From the IMG/VR virus record IMGVR_UViG_3300045257_000113, positions 1-52,349 of that record: 52,349 nt of DNA; one strand, written 5' to 3'. A model generated the notes under the pieces. The model did no database searches. It had not been told where the DNA came from and saw nothing but the letters and a program-made list of their open reading frames with translations. This DNA comes from a virus (taxonomy: Duplodnaviria > Caudoviricetes). This document shows, in pieces, positions 9,861 through 19,800 of this stretch. Numbering within the stretch: position 1 is the stretch's first letter; the number at the start of each line of letters is the position of its first letter. Both the position numbers and the translations under genes were made by a program.

Positions 9861-10477
9861 GGAAGCAGGTAGCGATCTGGTTTTCACCGACTCTCTGTGG
9901 CTGTGTGCTGGAACGCACCTACACCTGGACGGTAAGCCGGTTCCTGCGCGAGCGGATCGAAGCATTTTGCCGAGATGATGCTAAGCTGCTCGACCTTTGG
10001 GCGAGACACATTTACGAGATCGGGCATTACGATCAGGTCGTCACAACCTACGAAATTGTGCGGCGATGCGAGCGACACGGCTGCTTTCCCGATGGTACGG
10101 CCCTATCCAAAGCGTTGCTGCGCTGGGGGCAAAACTGCGTTCGTCCGGTGCAGTGCTGCAAATGCTCACTGTCTCATTGCTTTGAGAAGTCCGACGAGCC
10201 TGGACACGTCTATGACTTCATCCCGCTCGACCATCCTATGTACACGCGGCGCTGTGAGCGGCATGCTTACCTGACCGATCACGTCGAGCATTACCATACC
10301 GTGCTGGCTGAAGCGCGCGCTCCGGCCTTGGCTTTGAGGAAGTTCCGCGAGGAATTGGGCTACCTTGATTTCACGGTGATGGCTGAACCCATTCCAGAGG
10401 TCGTGTTTAACGGTGGGCGCATTCTGGATACGACGGACGTTGGCTATAACCGGCTCCAGGAGGTCCTGAGCAAATGA
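9857..10477 (+). CDS. Hypothetical protein with two CxC...CxxH repeats (possible fibre assembly chaperone)
   Basis: CGC...RRCERH and CKC...RRCERH; ATGA overlap with the sulfotransferase stop. Confidence 0.6.
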   Translation: MRKQVAIWFSPTLCGCVLERTYTWTVSRFLRERIEAFCRDDAKLLDLWARHIYEIGHYDQVVTTYEIVRRCERHGCFPDGTALSKALLRWGQNCVRPVQCCKCSLSHCFEKSDEPGHVYDFIPLDHPMYTRRCERHAYLTDHVEHYHTVLAEARAPALALRKFREELGYLDFTVMAEPIPEVVFNGGRILDTTDVGYNRLQEVLSK

Positions 10478-10683
10478 CATCAGACATAGTGACCAACGAA
10501 ATGCGGCCAAGCGCATGCGCTTGCGTCATCACGTTTCAGTTCGAGCGGGACAAACCTGACAAATGCACGGTCGTCAAGCATGAGCCTTGCGACAAGCATC
10601 CCTTGACGCTTGGCGATATAAATGATCACCCGGTTATCGTGGAAAGTCGCGCCAGGAATCGGCTCCAGGAGGTTCTGAGCTGA
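10474..10683 (+). CDS. Small protein with a single CxC...CxxH unit, paralogue of the upstream gene
   Basis: CAC...PCDKH; same C-terminus NRLQEVLS; AGGAGG SD. Confidence 0.65.
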   Translation: MTSDIVTNEMRPSACACVITFQFERDKPDKCTVVKHEPCDKHPLTLGDINDHPVIVESRARNRLQEVLS

Positions 10684-12593
10684 TGGCCACGACCACGCTG
10701 CGCCGCATCCATGCAGCTACTACCTACACGACGGGCACAGCCGGCGATTCGGATGTGGCCACGATTGGGGATATCTCCGAGAGCCATCCAGTAGGCACCC
10801 AGGATGTTTACCTGACTGTCCGCTCGGTGGGCACGTACTCGAACCTCCTGATTCGGACCACAGCCGATGCGACCACTGCCGACTCAACCTTCACGTTTCA
10901 GGCTGCTACAACCAACCTTAGCCAAAGCACAGTCGTCACTCATGCAGTTCCCGGTGAGTACGAGGACACGACGCACACAGACGTTGTGAGTGCTGGGCAG
11001 GTAATCAATCACCATGCGCTCAATGGTGGTGGAGGGTCATTCACCAAATCGGTGCAGGGGATGCTATTCGCTGCCACGGTCAACACGTCCGCCTGGATAG
11101 GCGGGTACAACCACGTAAATAGCACCAATTCTGCGACGTTATTTGACAGGCTTGGCGGGGCCTCGGGAGTGAATCAAGCGTCCGAAGTGGCCAACATGCA
11201 GATCCAGTTCCAGACAGCCGGAACACTCAAAAATGGTTGCATCAATGCGTCGGCCAATGCCACCGGCGACTCAACGATCAGCACGCGCATCAACAGCGGC
11301 AACGGTACGATTGCGATACCCACTACCACCAATGCCAGCGGGCAGTCTGAAGACACGTCGCATTCGGATGCGGTTGCGGTAGGGGATCTGGTCAATTGGA
11401 AGATGGTCACTGGCGTACTTGGCCCCAAAGCCAACGGTCTCTGGGCGTGTGTGTTCGAGACTACCGATGGCTCGCAGATGGTTGGGGCTCAGACAGCGGC
11501 AGGGTCCCAGAACACGTCCTTCGCAACCAACGTGACTAGCTACGTCGGCTTGCAGGGAAACCTGGCCGGGCAAGTGACAGAGAACGATTGCAAGACCAAG
11601 ATCGGCGTCATCGGTACGTTGTCACGATATGAGACTTACGTGGACTCGGACGCCATAACGAATACTAGCGCAGTTAGGATCAGGAAGAACGGCGCCAACG
11701 GCAACGGACTTCTGTCGATCCCCGGCAGCCAAGCCGCTGCTTGGATAACAGATACGAGCGACAATGATGCCCTGATTGCTACGGACGAACTGGACTGGCA
11801 AGTTATTGGGGGGACAACGGGAGCCGGGCCGCTCAAACTATGCTTCATAGGTGCCAAGCTTTTTGGGCTGGGAGAGACCTACCCGGTTTGGGACGCCAAG
11901 AGCAATTCAGGGTATCAGGCGGCGACTTCAAGTTTGTCGTGGTCTCACACCTGGAACGGGGCAGACCGCTTCCTGGCCATTAACATCGAACTACTCTCAG
12001 TCACCGACACGGTTACGGCCATGACCTACGGTGGGGCAAACTGCACTTTTGTTGGGGCGCAGAATGTCATCGGGGGCACAGGGCGGGTTGAGATGTGGCG
12101 GATCTGCCAGAAAGACACGGGAGCCCCAGCAGCCGGGGCGAACACGATTAGCGTGACGATCTCGGGAAGTTTAGCGTGTGCGGGAACGGCGGTGAGTTAC
12201 ACCGGAGTCAGCCAGGGCAGCCCGACTGAAGCTTTCAACAGTAACAGCGGCATCAACGTCGGAGCCGCGAACGCCACCGTTACCGTGACGCCGATCACAG
12301 ATAAGACCGTGGTCATTGCCGCCTGTGCTACAAATGACGCAACTGCTACGGCCAATCAGACAGGTCGTAATGACGTAACGGGCGCGGCGGGAAGTGGGAT
12401 AGACGAGGATTCAGGGGCAACCCCTATCTCTCCGGCTGCCGCTCAGACAATGACTGTGGCCGTGGCTGCTTTGAAAGCCTGGACGATAGCCGGGTACGCC
12501 ATTAGGCCGCTCTTGGCGGCAGATTTGACTTACGTTCCGCAGCCCATGCCTTGGTTTTTCGAGGAGACTGTCGAGGAACTGGTTTACGGATGA
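10683..12593 (+). CDS. Putative tail fibre / receptor-binding protein
   Basis: 636 aa, Thr/Ala/Gly-rich beta domains with internal repetition (EDTTHTDVV / EDTSHSDAV / TDTSDNDAL). Confidence 0.6.
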   Translation: MATTTLRRIHAATTYTTGTAGDSDVATIGDISESHPVGTQDVYLTVRSVGTYSNLLIRTTADATTADSTFTFQAATTNLSQSTVVTHAVPGEYEDTTHTDVVSAGQVINHHALNGGGGSFTKSVQGMLFAATVNTSAWIGGYNHVNSTNSATLFDRLGGASGVNQASEVANMQIQFQTAGTLKNGCINASANATGDSTISTRINSGNGTIAIPTTTNASGQSEDTSHSDAVAVGDLVNWKMVTGVLGPKANGLWACVFETTDGSQMVGAQTAAGSQNTSFATNVTSYVGLQGNLAGQVTENDCKTKIGVIGTLSRYETYVDSDAITNTSAVRIRKNGANGNGLLSIPGSQAAAWITDTSDNDALIATDELDWQVIGGTTGAGPLKLCFIGAKLFGLGETYPVWDAKSNSGYQAATSSLSWSHTWNGADRFLAINIELLSVTDTVTAMTYGGANCTFVGAQNVIGGTGRVEMWRICQKDTGAPAAGANTISVTISGSLACAGTAVSYTGVSQGSPTEAFNSNSGINVGAANATVTVTPITDKTVVIAACATNDATATANQTGRNDVTGAAGSGIDEDSGATPISPAAAQTMTVAVAALKAWTIAGYAIRPLLAADLTYVPQPMPWFFEETVEELVYG

Positions 12594-12646
12594 AGGCAAA
12601 TCGGATACACTTTTAGGAACTGAGCCGACCAAGAAAGTCATGCCAA

Positions 12647-13117
12647 ATGGCTCGCGTATACACGGTCTCCTTCGAGAACGTCACGATCACGGCGGTTCAA
12701 GACCTCATTTCGCTAAAGGGCAGCACGGGAAAAACCTGTCGCTTACTCCGGCTTTGGCTTGGAGCGACAAACACGACGCTTCAGACTGCCCAAAGCTTGC
12801 GCCTCAATGTCAAATATTCGAGCGCTACGTTTACGGCTGGCTCAGTCGGCACAGCTCCTACCCCGCGTCCTGTGGACCCCGGCGATGCCGCGGCTTCTTT
12901 CACGGCCCGCGCCAATGACACCACTCAGGGAACCACAAGCGGTGCTTTCACAAACCTTAATCCCCAGGGCGTCCACAATTATGCAGGCTGGGACTGGCCA
13001 TTCAAGAACCCGCCTGCATTCGGTCTCAATGAAGCAATCATCTTTGAACTGCTGTCAACGGTGTCAGGTACGTGTGCTTTCAGCGGTGGTGCCGAAGTCG
13101 AAGAAACAGGCAGTTAA
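12647..13117 (+). CDS. Putative tail-associated structural protein
   Basis: 156 aa beta-rich ORF between two fibre-like genes. Confidence 0.55.
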   Translation: MARVYTVSFENVTITAVQDLISLKGSTGKTCRLLRLWLGATNTTLQTAQSLRLNVKYSSATFTAGSVGTAPTPRPVDPGDAAASFTARANDTTQGTTSGAFTNLNPQGVHNYAGWDWPFKNPPAFGLNEAIIFELLSTVSGTCAFSGGAEVEETGS

Positions 13118-13128
13118 AAGGAGCCTTG

Positions 13129-13359
13129 ATGTATACCACAGAGCGAAGTGGGCATGAGGTTGTCGTTTCTTTTGCCGATACCGGCAAGGTCGCAGCCCGT
13201 GTCACCACACATAGCGAGAAAGTGAACACAACTGGTGAACCGACCTACAAAAAGCTTCCGCAAGAAGAATGGGTTGTCCACTTTACAGGTCTAAAATTCA
13301 CTGGCTCCGGGCTAGCCGAGTTCTTGAAACTGCTTCCTTCGTGGGGAGTGCTTGAATAA
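13129..13359 (+). CDS. Hypothetical protein
   Basis: AAGGAG SD before the ATG (MYTTERSG...). Confidence 0.65.
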   Translation: MYTTERSGHEVVVSFADTGKVAARVTTHSEKVNTTGEPTYKKLPQEEWVVHFTGLKFTGSGLAEFLKLLPSWGVLE

Positions 13360-13370
13360 GCAGGTGAGCC

Positions 13371-15281
13371 ATGCCGAAGGTCATTCGGACGGTAACGCCC
13401 GTCTGGCGCAAACGGCTTGGCTGGCACCCTGGCGAAACAGTAGCGGTAGCGGCAGTCGCCGACAACCTGCCGTGGTTTAAGAGACCGACTCTTCTTCCGC
13501 CCGACCCTCTTCCCTTCGATGGTTTACGGTCCCTCGGCTGGTTAATTGGCAGTGAGCAAGGACAAGGCGGCGACACCCTCCCTTGGCTTGTCCATAGGCC
13601 GATTCTTTATCCGGCAGATCCATCGTTAGATCCTGGGCCACCACGAGGTTGGCTGTTTAGCACAATGGTTGCGCCGCCAGCAACCAGTGCCGATTTCAGT
13701 TGGTGGCGCAGACCAATTGTTCTCTATCCCGATCCTCCGCCATTCGAGCGCCCGCCGCCCTGGAATCCCGGCGTCTTCATGACGGTCCTGACGTTCACCG
13801 GCTCGCCACCGGCAACGACCTGGCGCCCTCCGGCCGGTGTCACCTCAGTCTACGTCGATGCCTGGGGAGCAGGCGGTGGGGGCGGATCTAGTTCTCCATC
13901 TGGCCTTGGCGGTGGCGGCGGTGGCGGTGGCGCCTATGCTCGCGGGCTCGTCTCGGTCAATCCAGCACTTCCTTACGTCGTGCAACCCGGCAATGGCGGG
14001 TTTGGTGGAAGTAACCCGCAAACTGGGGGCCAAGGCGACAATGCTATTTTCGGCGATGTCTCGACCGTAATGGCCAAAGGCGGCGGACCAGGAGGTGGCG
14101 GGAATGCTGGTGTGGCCGGTGGTGGCGGCGTAAGGGGCACGGCTTCTGGAAGCGTTGGCAATATCACCACGATTGATGGCGGCAATGGTGGCAGCGGCGT
14201 CTCAAATCCTGGTGGCGGTGGAGGTAGTTCGGCTGGCAACACGGCTGTCGGCGCGGTAGGCGGTGACTCGTCAGGTGCCACAGAAGGCGCTGGCGGTATC
14301 GCTCCGTTTCCTGGCGGCAATGGCGGAAGCGGCGGTAAGGTTCAGCAGACGGGACATGACGGTACTGTTCCTGGTGGTGGTGGTGGTGGTGGTGGTCTGC
14401 CGATAGCCGGTTGGGCCAATGGCGGCGCGGGGGCCAATGGCAAGATCGTTCTGACATTTGCTTCTTCATCTCCTTCCTACCCGGATCAATTCGAGTGGAT
14501 GCTGAAGTGGAAGCCGCTCTTTCCACCGGACTTTGAATACCTCGGTGCTCAGCACAGCCTGGCATTCATCTTCAGCACGATGGCGCCGCCACCGCCATAC
14601 GTAGAGACTTACGGCTGGGTGCAACATCGTCCCAGCGACGATTCTTTTGCTAAGAAGTTTGAGGCTCTGCCCACGCAGATTACCTGGCGGGCAATGTTTA
14701 GTCCTCAGCAAGCGCCGCCAGCAGCCCCAGAAGGATATGCGTGGATCAGACGGGTGCCCAAGGAAGGCTCGTTCTCCGTGCCATTCGAGCCTCTCCCCAA
14801 TCAGGTGACGTGGCGGCCGATGTTTAGCCCTCAGCAGGGACCGCCGTCTTATGTCGAGACATACGCCTGGATAAATCGAAAGCCCAACGAGAACTCCTTC
14901 TGGCAGCCCCAGCCGCCGCTTGTGCTGCCTCCGCCGTGGATAGGATGGTTTGTTCCCCAAGTCTCGCCTTCCTTAGCCCTGAGTGGTATCGGCCTCATTA
15001 GCCGCGATCCCCAGGCCGACGAGCGCACGCGCCGCCATCTCGATCAGGTGTCGAGTTTGCTCAACTCACTGTTGACGCAGGGCTACATCGTGGCAACGGG
15101 GGTGCAGGCATTCAAAATCGTGGGTGGGGGCGTTAGTATGAACCGAGCGCCCAACGTTATGGACGACGCGGCCCACGGCTTCCCGGTGGGCGTCTTGTGG
15201 GTCCAGACGAGTCCAGCGGTGCATGTGTGGGTAAATGTCAGCAACGCGGTGGGGGCAGCAGTCTGGCAGCTTCTCGTGTGA
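13371..15281 (+). CDS. Glycine-rich tail fibre-like protein with Trp/Pro-rich repeats
   Basis: Central TW.PPAGVTSVYVDAWGAGGGGG...GANGKIVLTF glycine-rich phage domain flanked by ~40-aa W/P repeats. Confidence 0.7.
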   Translation: MPKVIRTVTPVWRKRLGWHPGETVAVAAVADNLPWFKRPTLLPPDPLPFDGLRSLGWLIGSEQGQGGDTLPWLVHRPILYPADPSLDPGPPRGWLFSTMVAPPATSADFSWWRRPIVLYPDPPPFERPPPWNPGVFMTVLTFTGSPPATTWRPPAGVTSVYVDAWGAGGGGGSSSPSGLGGGGGGGGAYARGLVSVNPALPYVVQPGNGGFGGSNPQTGGQGDNAIFGDVSTVMAKGGGPGGGGNAGVAGGGGVRGTASGSVGNITTIDGGNGGSGVSNPGGGGGSSAGNTAVGAVGGDSSGATEGAGGIAPFPGGNGGSGGKVQQTGHDGTVPGGGGGGGGLPIAGWANGGAGANGKIVLTFASSSPSYPDQFEWMLKWKPLFPPDFEYLGAQHSLAFIFSTMAPPPPYVETYGWVQHRPSDDSFAKKFEALPTQITWRAMFSPQQAPPAAPEGYAWIRRVPKEGSFSVPFEPLPNQVTWRPMFSPQQGPPSYVETYAWINRKPNENSFWQPQPPLVLPPPWIGWFVPQVSPSLALSGIGLISRDPQADERTRRHLDQVSSLLNSLLTQGYIVATGVQAFKIVGGGVSMNRAPNVMDDAAHGFPVGVLWVQTSPAVHVWVNVSNAVGAAVWQLLV

Positions 15282-15288
15282 GGTGAGC

Positions 15289-15528
15289 ATGACCTGCAAA
15301 GAGTTTTGGGAGATTTCATCCAAGGGGCCTGTTGCCTTACTTCCTTCGGAGATTTTTTGGTGTTTTAGTCACTACGACTCTTGCAGTGCGTGTCGAAATG
15401 AAGTGATTAAGGCCAGGGACGCCACCACGGGAGCGGTCAGAGAAAGAATCGAATGGGAAGCGTCTTATTCTATCGCAAAAATGGCGCGAGCAAAGGCTTT
15501 AGATCCGGAGTTGCAACATGTCCGTTGA
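15289..15528 (+). CDS. zf-HC2 (anti-sigma zinc finger)-like small protein
   Basis: MTCKEF...HYDSCSAC fits MxC...HxxxCxxC; GAGGTG SD. Confidence 0.6.
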   Translation: MTCKEFWEISSKGPVALLPSEIFWCFSHYDSCSACRNEVIKARDATTGAVRERIEWEASYSIAKMARAKALDPELQHVR

Positions 15529-16837
15529 CTATGCCCTCGACGATCCTCTCCCGCCGACAGCCTTGATGCAGGATGCCCAGCAGGGTAACGTGTCGCAGAG
15601 CCAGGTCCCCGCCTTTGCGGACTCGCCTAGAGGCCCGACTGCCCCAGCTCAGAGTTTCGATCAGTACATCCAGTCTGCCCCCTTCGGCCAAGCCGACATT
15701 CAGCGCATCAACCAACTTCAGGCCGGCCTCTCGGGGCTCGACAAACAGGTGATGTCTGGAGAACTCCACCCCGTTGAGGCGCAGGCCCCAAAGCGAGAGA
15801 TCATGGGGCAGCTTGGCCCCTTGCTCCAAAAGAAGCAGCAATCCCAGCAGAAGATGATGCAAGAACAGGCGCAGCAGGCCATGCACGCGGCGGCGATGCA
15901 GGCTGGGGTTGAGAACGTCAACCGGCAGGTGCAGGCAGAGGCTATTCCTTCGCTCATCAGGACGCATACCGATCCGGTGACGGGCGAGACCATGCACCTT
16001 GTTCGAGATCACAAGGGGGATGTTGAGGAACTGAAATTTGAGCGGGAGGCGGCCAACAAGGACCGCATCACGCAGTCCCAGGCCGAGCCGGTTGCGGAAG
16101 AAGGACCGCCAGCCGGAACAGGAGATCAGCCAGACGGTTCGTTTATCCAGCGGATTCGCAACGGCGATCAGTACGAGTTTCACCGCTTCACACCGCGCCC
16201 AGGCGGCGGGTTTGAGACCCAGCCGATTGGGCAAGGCCAGCAAATGCCAGGCGGTCAACTCTCGGCTGGGGCGTTGCAAGAGATCTTCCGCCGTGCCGAC
16301 CAGGCTGTGCCTCAGCCCAAAGGTCAGGGGCCGGGAGGTAGGTTTCTTAACCCACGCATGGCGGCACTGGCGCAGCAACAGAGGAGAGCGGCAGTCGAGT
16401 CGCTGGCTCATTCGATGGTTAACGATGCCCAGCGCGTCCAGGAACATCAGCGGCACGAGACTTCGATGTCGGCAGAACGACAGCGGGCCGAAGCAGAGCG
16501 GCGTTCCCAGATGCAAGAAAAGTTGCAGGAGCAACAACGGCAGAAGCACAAGGACCATGTCGAGGACTACCTGAAGCACGAGAAGGCTTTGACGCGGACA
16601 GAGGATGGCAAGGTTCATTACCCGACGCATGAAGAGATCGTTCAGCACATGAAGAACGCCGAAAAGGCAAAGACGGAATTGGAGGGCCAGAGGCCGGCCG
16701 CCGAAGCTCCAGAGCAAAAACAGAAGTTTGATGATCTCGTGAAGACGCTGATCGCTGCCCCACCAGCTCCTACGGTGCAACCCAAACCGCCGTCAACGCA
16801 TGTCATTCGAGATCCGGGCGAAATGCCTGGGTTCTAG
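15518..16837 (+). CDS. Putative internal virion / ejection protein (Gln-rich coiled coil)
   Basis: 439 aa, helical and Gln/Glu-rich, immediately before the giant protein. Confidence 0.55.
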   Translation: MSVDYALDDPLPPTALMQDAQQGNVSQSQVPAFADSPRGPTAPAQSFDQYIQSAPFGQADIQRINQLQAGLSGLDKQVMSGELHPVEAQAPKREIMGQLGPLLQKKQQSQQKMMQEQAQQAMHAAAMQAGVENVNRQVQAEAIPSLIRTHTDPVTGETMHLVRDHKGDVEELKFEREAANKDRITQSQAEPVAEEGPPAGTGDQPDGSFIQRIRNGDQYEFHRFTPRPGGGFETQPIGQGQQMPGGQLSAGALQEIFRRADQAVPQPKGQGPGGRFLNPRMAALAQQQRRAAVESLAHSMVNDAQRVQEHQRHETSMSAERQRAEAERRSQMQEKLQEQQRQKHKDHVEDYLKHEKALTRTEDGKVHYPTHEEIVQHMKNAEKAKTELEGQRPAAEAPEQKQKFDDLVKTLIAAPPAPTVQPKPPSTHVIRDPGEMPGF

Positions 16838-16840
16838 CAC

Positions 16841-19800
16841 ATGGACGACACCGACACACAAGTTGCTGATTTGCCGGCTCAGACGCCAGAAACTCCTGAA
16901 CCACCACAGGGGGTATTCTCTGCCAAGCCCTGGGAAGAAGTTGCCCCCAAGTTCAAAGAGGCGTTTCCTGCTCTTGACGAAGGCGAGATGAAGCGGCGTT
17001 ACGAGCAAGCTACGCTTCTTGCCCAGACCAGAGCACACTTCAATCAGCAAGGTTATAACCCCGGCGAGTTTGTTGCCAGGCGTGGACTGCCGTTCTCGTC
17101 GGCGGCAATTGGCGCCATGACGGATAGCGATTACACGTCTGCCAAGAAACGCTTCGAGGAAGGCAATCCGCAAAAGGGCGATGAGTTGTCCATCGCCAGT
17201 TATGAGCGATTGAAACGGCTGGATGCGGAAACAGAATCAACTGCTGGAGGATTTGCGGCATCCAAGGCTTTGCAAGGCGGGGCTATCGCGGGCGAGTATT
17301 TTGCTGGCATGGGGGCACTCAGGGCACTCGGCTTATTGCCGCAAGCGGCTGCTGGGGCGAGCCTGGCTTCCCGCGCTGCCAACTTTGCGGGACGGGCCGC
17401 TGCAACAACGGCCACGATGCCTTCAGCCATCCTTCCGGAATGGACCCAGAAGAACATTGAAGCGGGACGAAGTGCTACGGATCTCACTGGTCTGCCCTCG
17501 GCCGTCGCCAAGGGCCTCCTCTTTAATGCCATTCTCGAAGGCACTGGTGGCATAGCAAACAAGCTGCTTCCTGGCGGTGGATTAGCGAGGGCCGCAGGCA
17601 GGGTTCCTACTGCCGCTGCCGGTGGTGTCGCGGCTCAGCAAGTTGCCGACTTTGCTGGCGGCATGATGCAATATGCTTCCGGATTGAAAGGCGACTTCGG
17701 GGCTTTCTTTGAAGGCGACTGGGGAGATGCCGGGAAACGCTTGGCAGCACAGTTTGTTGGCTTTGCCGCCTTTGCTGCCCTTCACGAAGGCTTGGCGGCT
17801 GGCAGACGAGTGCTCGACGAGGCCAAGGAAGAGTTCCAGAAGCAGAAGGGGCTTGGATACTCGTCGGAAGAAGCCCTTCGGTTGGCATACAAGAAGCTTT
17901 CACCGCAAGACGCCTACCGCCGCGCATCTGCCGACATGCACCCGGACAGAAATCCTGGCGAGTCGGAAGCGGCGACTAAGGCAACCAAGGATCTAAACGG
18001 GGCCTATGACGACTACAAGGCGGCCGTCAAGAAAGGCGATGAGGCAGGTGCCAAAGCGGCGGCTGGGCGGATAGATGCGATCCATCAGGCTTGGAATGCC
18101 CGTCCCAAGCCGCAAGCTGCCCAGAAGCCCTCTGAACAAGCCCCGGAAGCGACTGGTGGCGAACAGTACCACGGAATGACCGTCAAAAGGGTCAACGCCG
18201 AAGAGTACCGCCAGCAGAGTCGTTCGGACCAGGAATTGGGGACGGCCAAGGTCCACGGCAACGTAATCTACCTGTCTGACGAGGTGGAACCGGGCAAAGA
18301 TACGGCTACGGTGATGCACCAGGCACTTCTTGAGCATAAGGCTGAGTCGAGAGGGCTGTCCGACGATCAAGCCGAACAGCTGATGATTGCTCATGAGCAC
18401 CACGAAGGCAAAAGGGGGACCGGCGCAGGGGAAGGGAAGGTGGTCCCCGCTAGCGTTTATGCAGATGGCGGAAACGGTGTTGGAAGAACTCAGACTGGCC
18501 AGGTGGTCCGGCTTGTCGATGGAGCAGAGGTCCGAGTTAAGCTTGATCCAACATTCGTTGAGGGAGGCAATCACCAGGCTCTCAAGTACATCCCCAAAGG
18601 AGAAATCTGGGTCGAAAAGACGCTGGCGGGTAAACACCCGCGCGAAGTGGCACTTACGGTTCACCACGAAGCGCTCGAAAGCGAGTTGATGCGCAAGGGT
18701 GCGTCCTACAAGAAGGCTCACCAGAAGGCTTCGCTGTCGGAGTTTGCGCTGCGAAGCGGTCAACAAGGTACGATGACTTCTCAACCACCGCCAACCGCAG
18801 CCGCTCCGGCAGCACCTCACCCCCTGGACGCCTTGGCCAAACGAGCGCAGTCAGGCCGTCCAGTTTCCATTGATGAAGTTGCCGACGCTGCCGGTCTTAA
18901 CGACCGCGAGTACGACCTGCTCATGGAAATGGGTAAGGGCAAGAGGCTGGAAGAGGCAGGACAGGCTATCAGCCTCAATAACCGGCAGCGGGCTCATCAA
19001 ATCGCTGGCGACATTGCCGAGAAGCTTGGCCTAGACCGCTCCCTGTCCAAACAGGTCGAGGATGCCGTTGCCGAACCTGGACTCAAGAAAGATGCGATCA
19101 AGCCCTTGGAAGGTGCAGCTTTCTCCGAAAAGGACATGAGGACCGATCCGGCACTTAAAGCAGAATTGAAACGCGCCAAGGCTCCCCGAAGTGAAGAGGA
19201 ACGCATCTTACAAAGGATGAACAAGCTTGGTCGTAGAATAGAGAGAGAGGCCCGCCAAAACGGCGGTGATTTGACCGATGAACAACACGAACGGTTTGCA
19301 TCCGAGAGTCAACGCCTTGCTGGCGAGCTTGAAGCAGCACGCGCCGAACGAGGGACCATCGAGCCGTCACCCGTTCGACGTGAGCCCAGCGGCCAATTAC
19401 AAGGCGGCAACCCGCCTCTTGGGGCTGCGGGTCCGCAACAAGAAGATCTCGGGCAGCAAGGGGCCGGCAATCCCCCAAGCCGTGCTCAAGCCCCCCGTAA
19501 CAAGCTAAGACAGCCAGGCCAGAAGGGGTCGGGCCGCAAGGGTCAACTTGACATCGGGGCCATCTTCGCCGCTATCAAGGGACCGCCCAAGCCCCAACCC
19601 GCACCAGTCCCGCCATCCAATGAGCCACGTCTGAAGTTCGGCCTACAGCGGACCTTCCCGGCACTGACGAAGCTCAGCCCGCGCACGGGGGCAGCCTTTG
19701 CTCGAGCGGCGAACGCCAAGGCCACGCTGGAGGCAACCAAGAACTACATGGAGCATGCGCTGAAGATAGCCGGCGAGACCATCGCTCACATGAAAGAAGA

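Noticed and set aside
2281-12630. TGAGCCGACC at 2281, 8998 and 12621 near gene starts as a late promoter motif
   Set aside because: Only 10 bp, inconsistent position relative to starts, and also occurs inside a - strand gene near 35745
14373-14396. (GGT)8 microsatellite
   Set aside because: In-frame poly-Gly codons within a glycine-rich fibre domain; slippage would not switch phase
14590-14900. Repeats in the fibre gene as a possible DGR template/variable pair or CRISPR array
   Set aside because: They are degenerate in-frame protein repeats, differences are not adenine-specific, and no reverse transcriptase or cas gene is seen
15470-16780. Long antisense ORFs (e.g. 436 aa here, also 1054..1953, 8218..9009 and 17993..18820)
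   Set aside because: Shadows of GC-rich + strand genes, with no SD or motifs and unnatural composition
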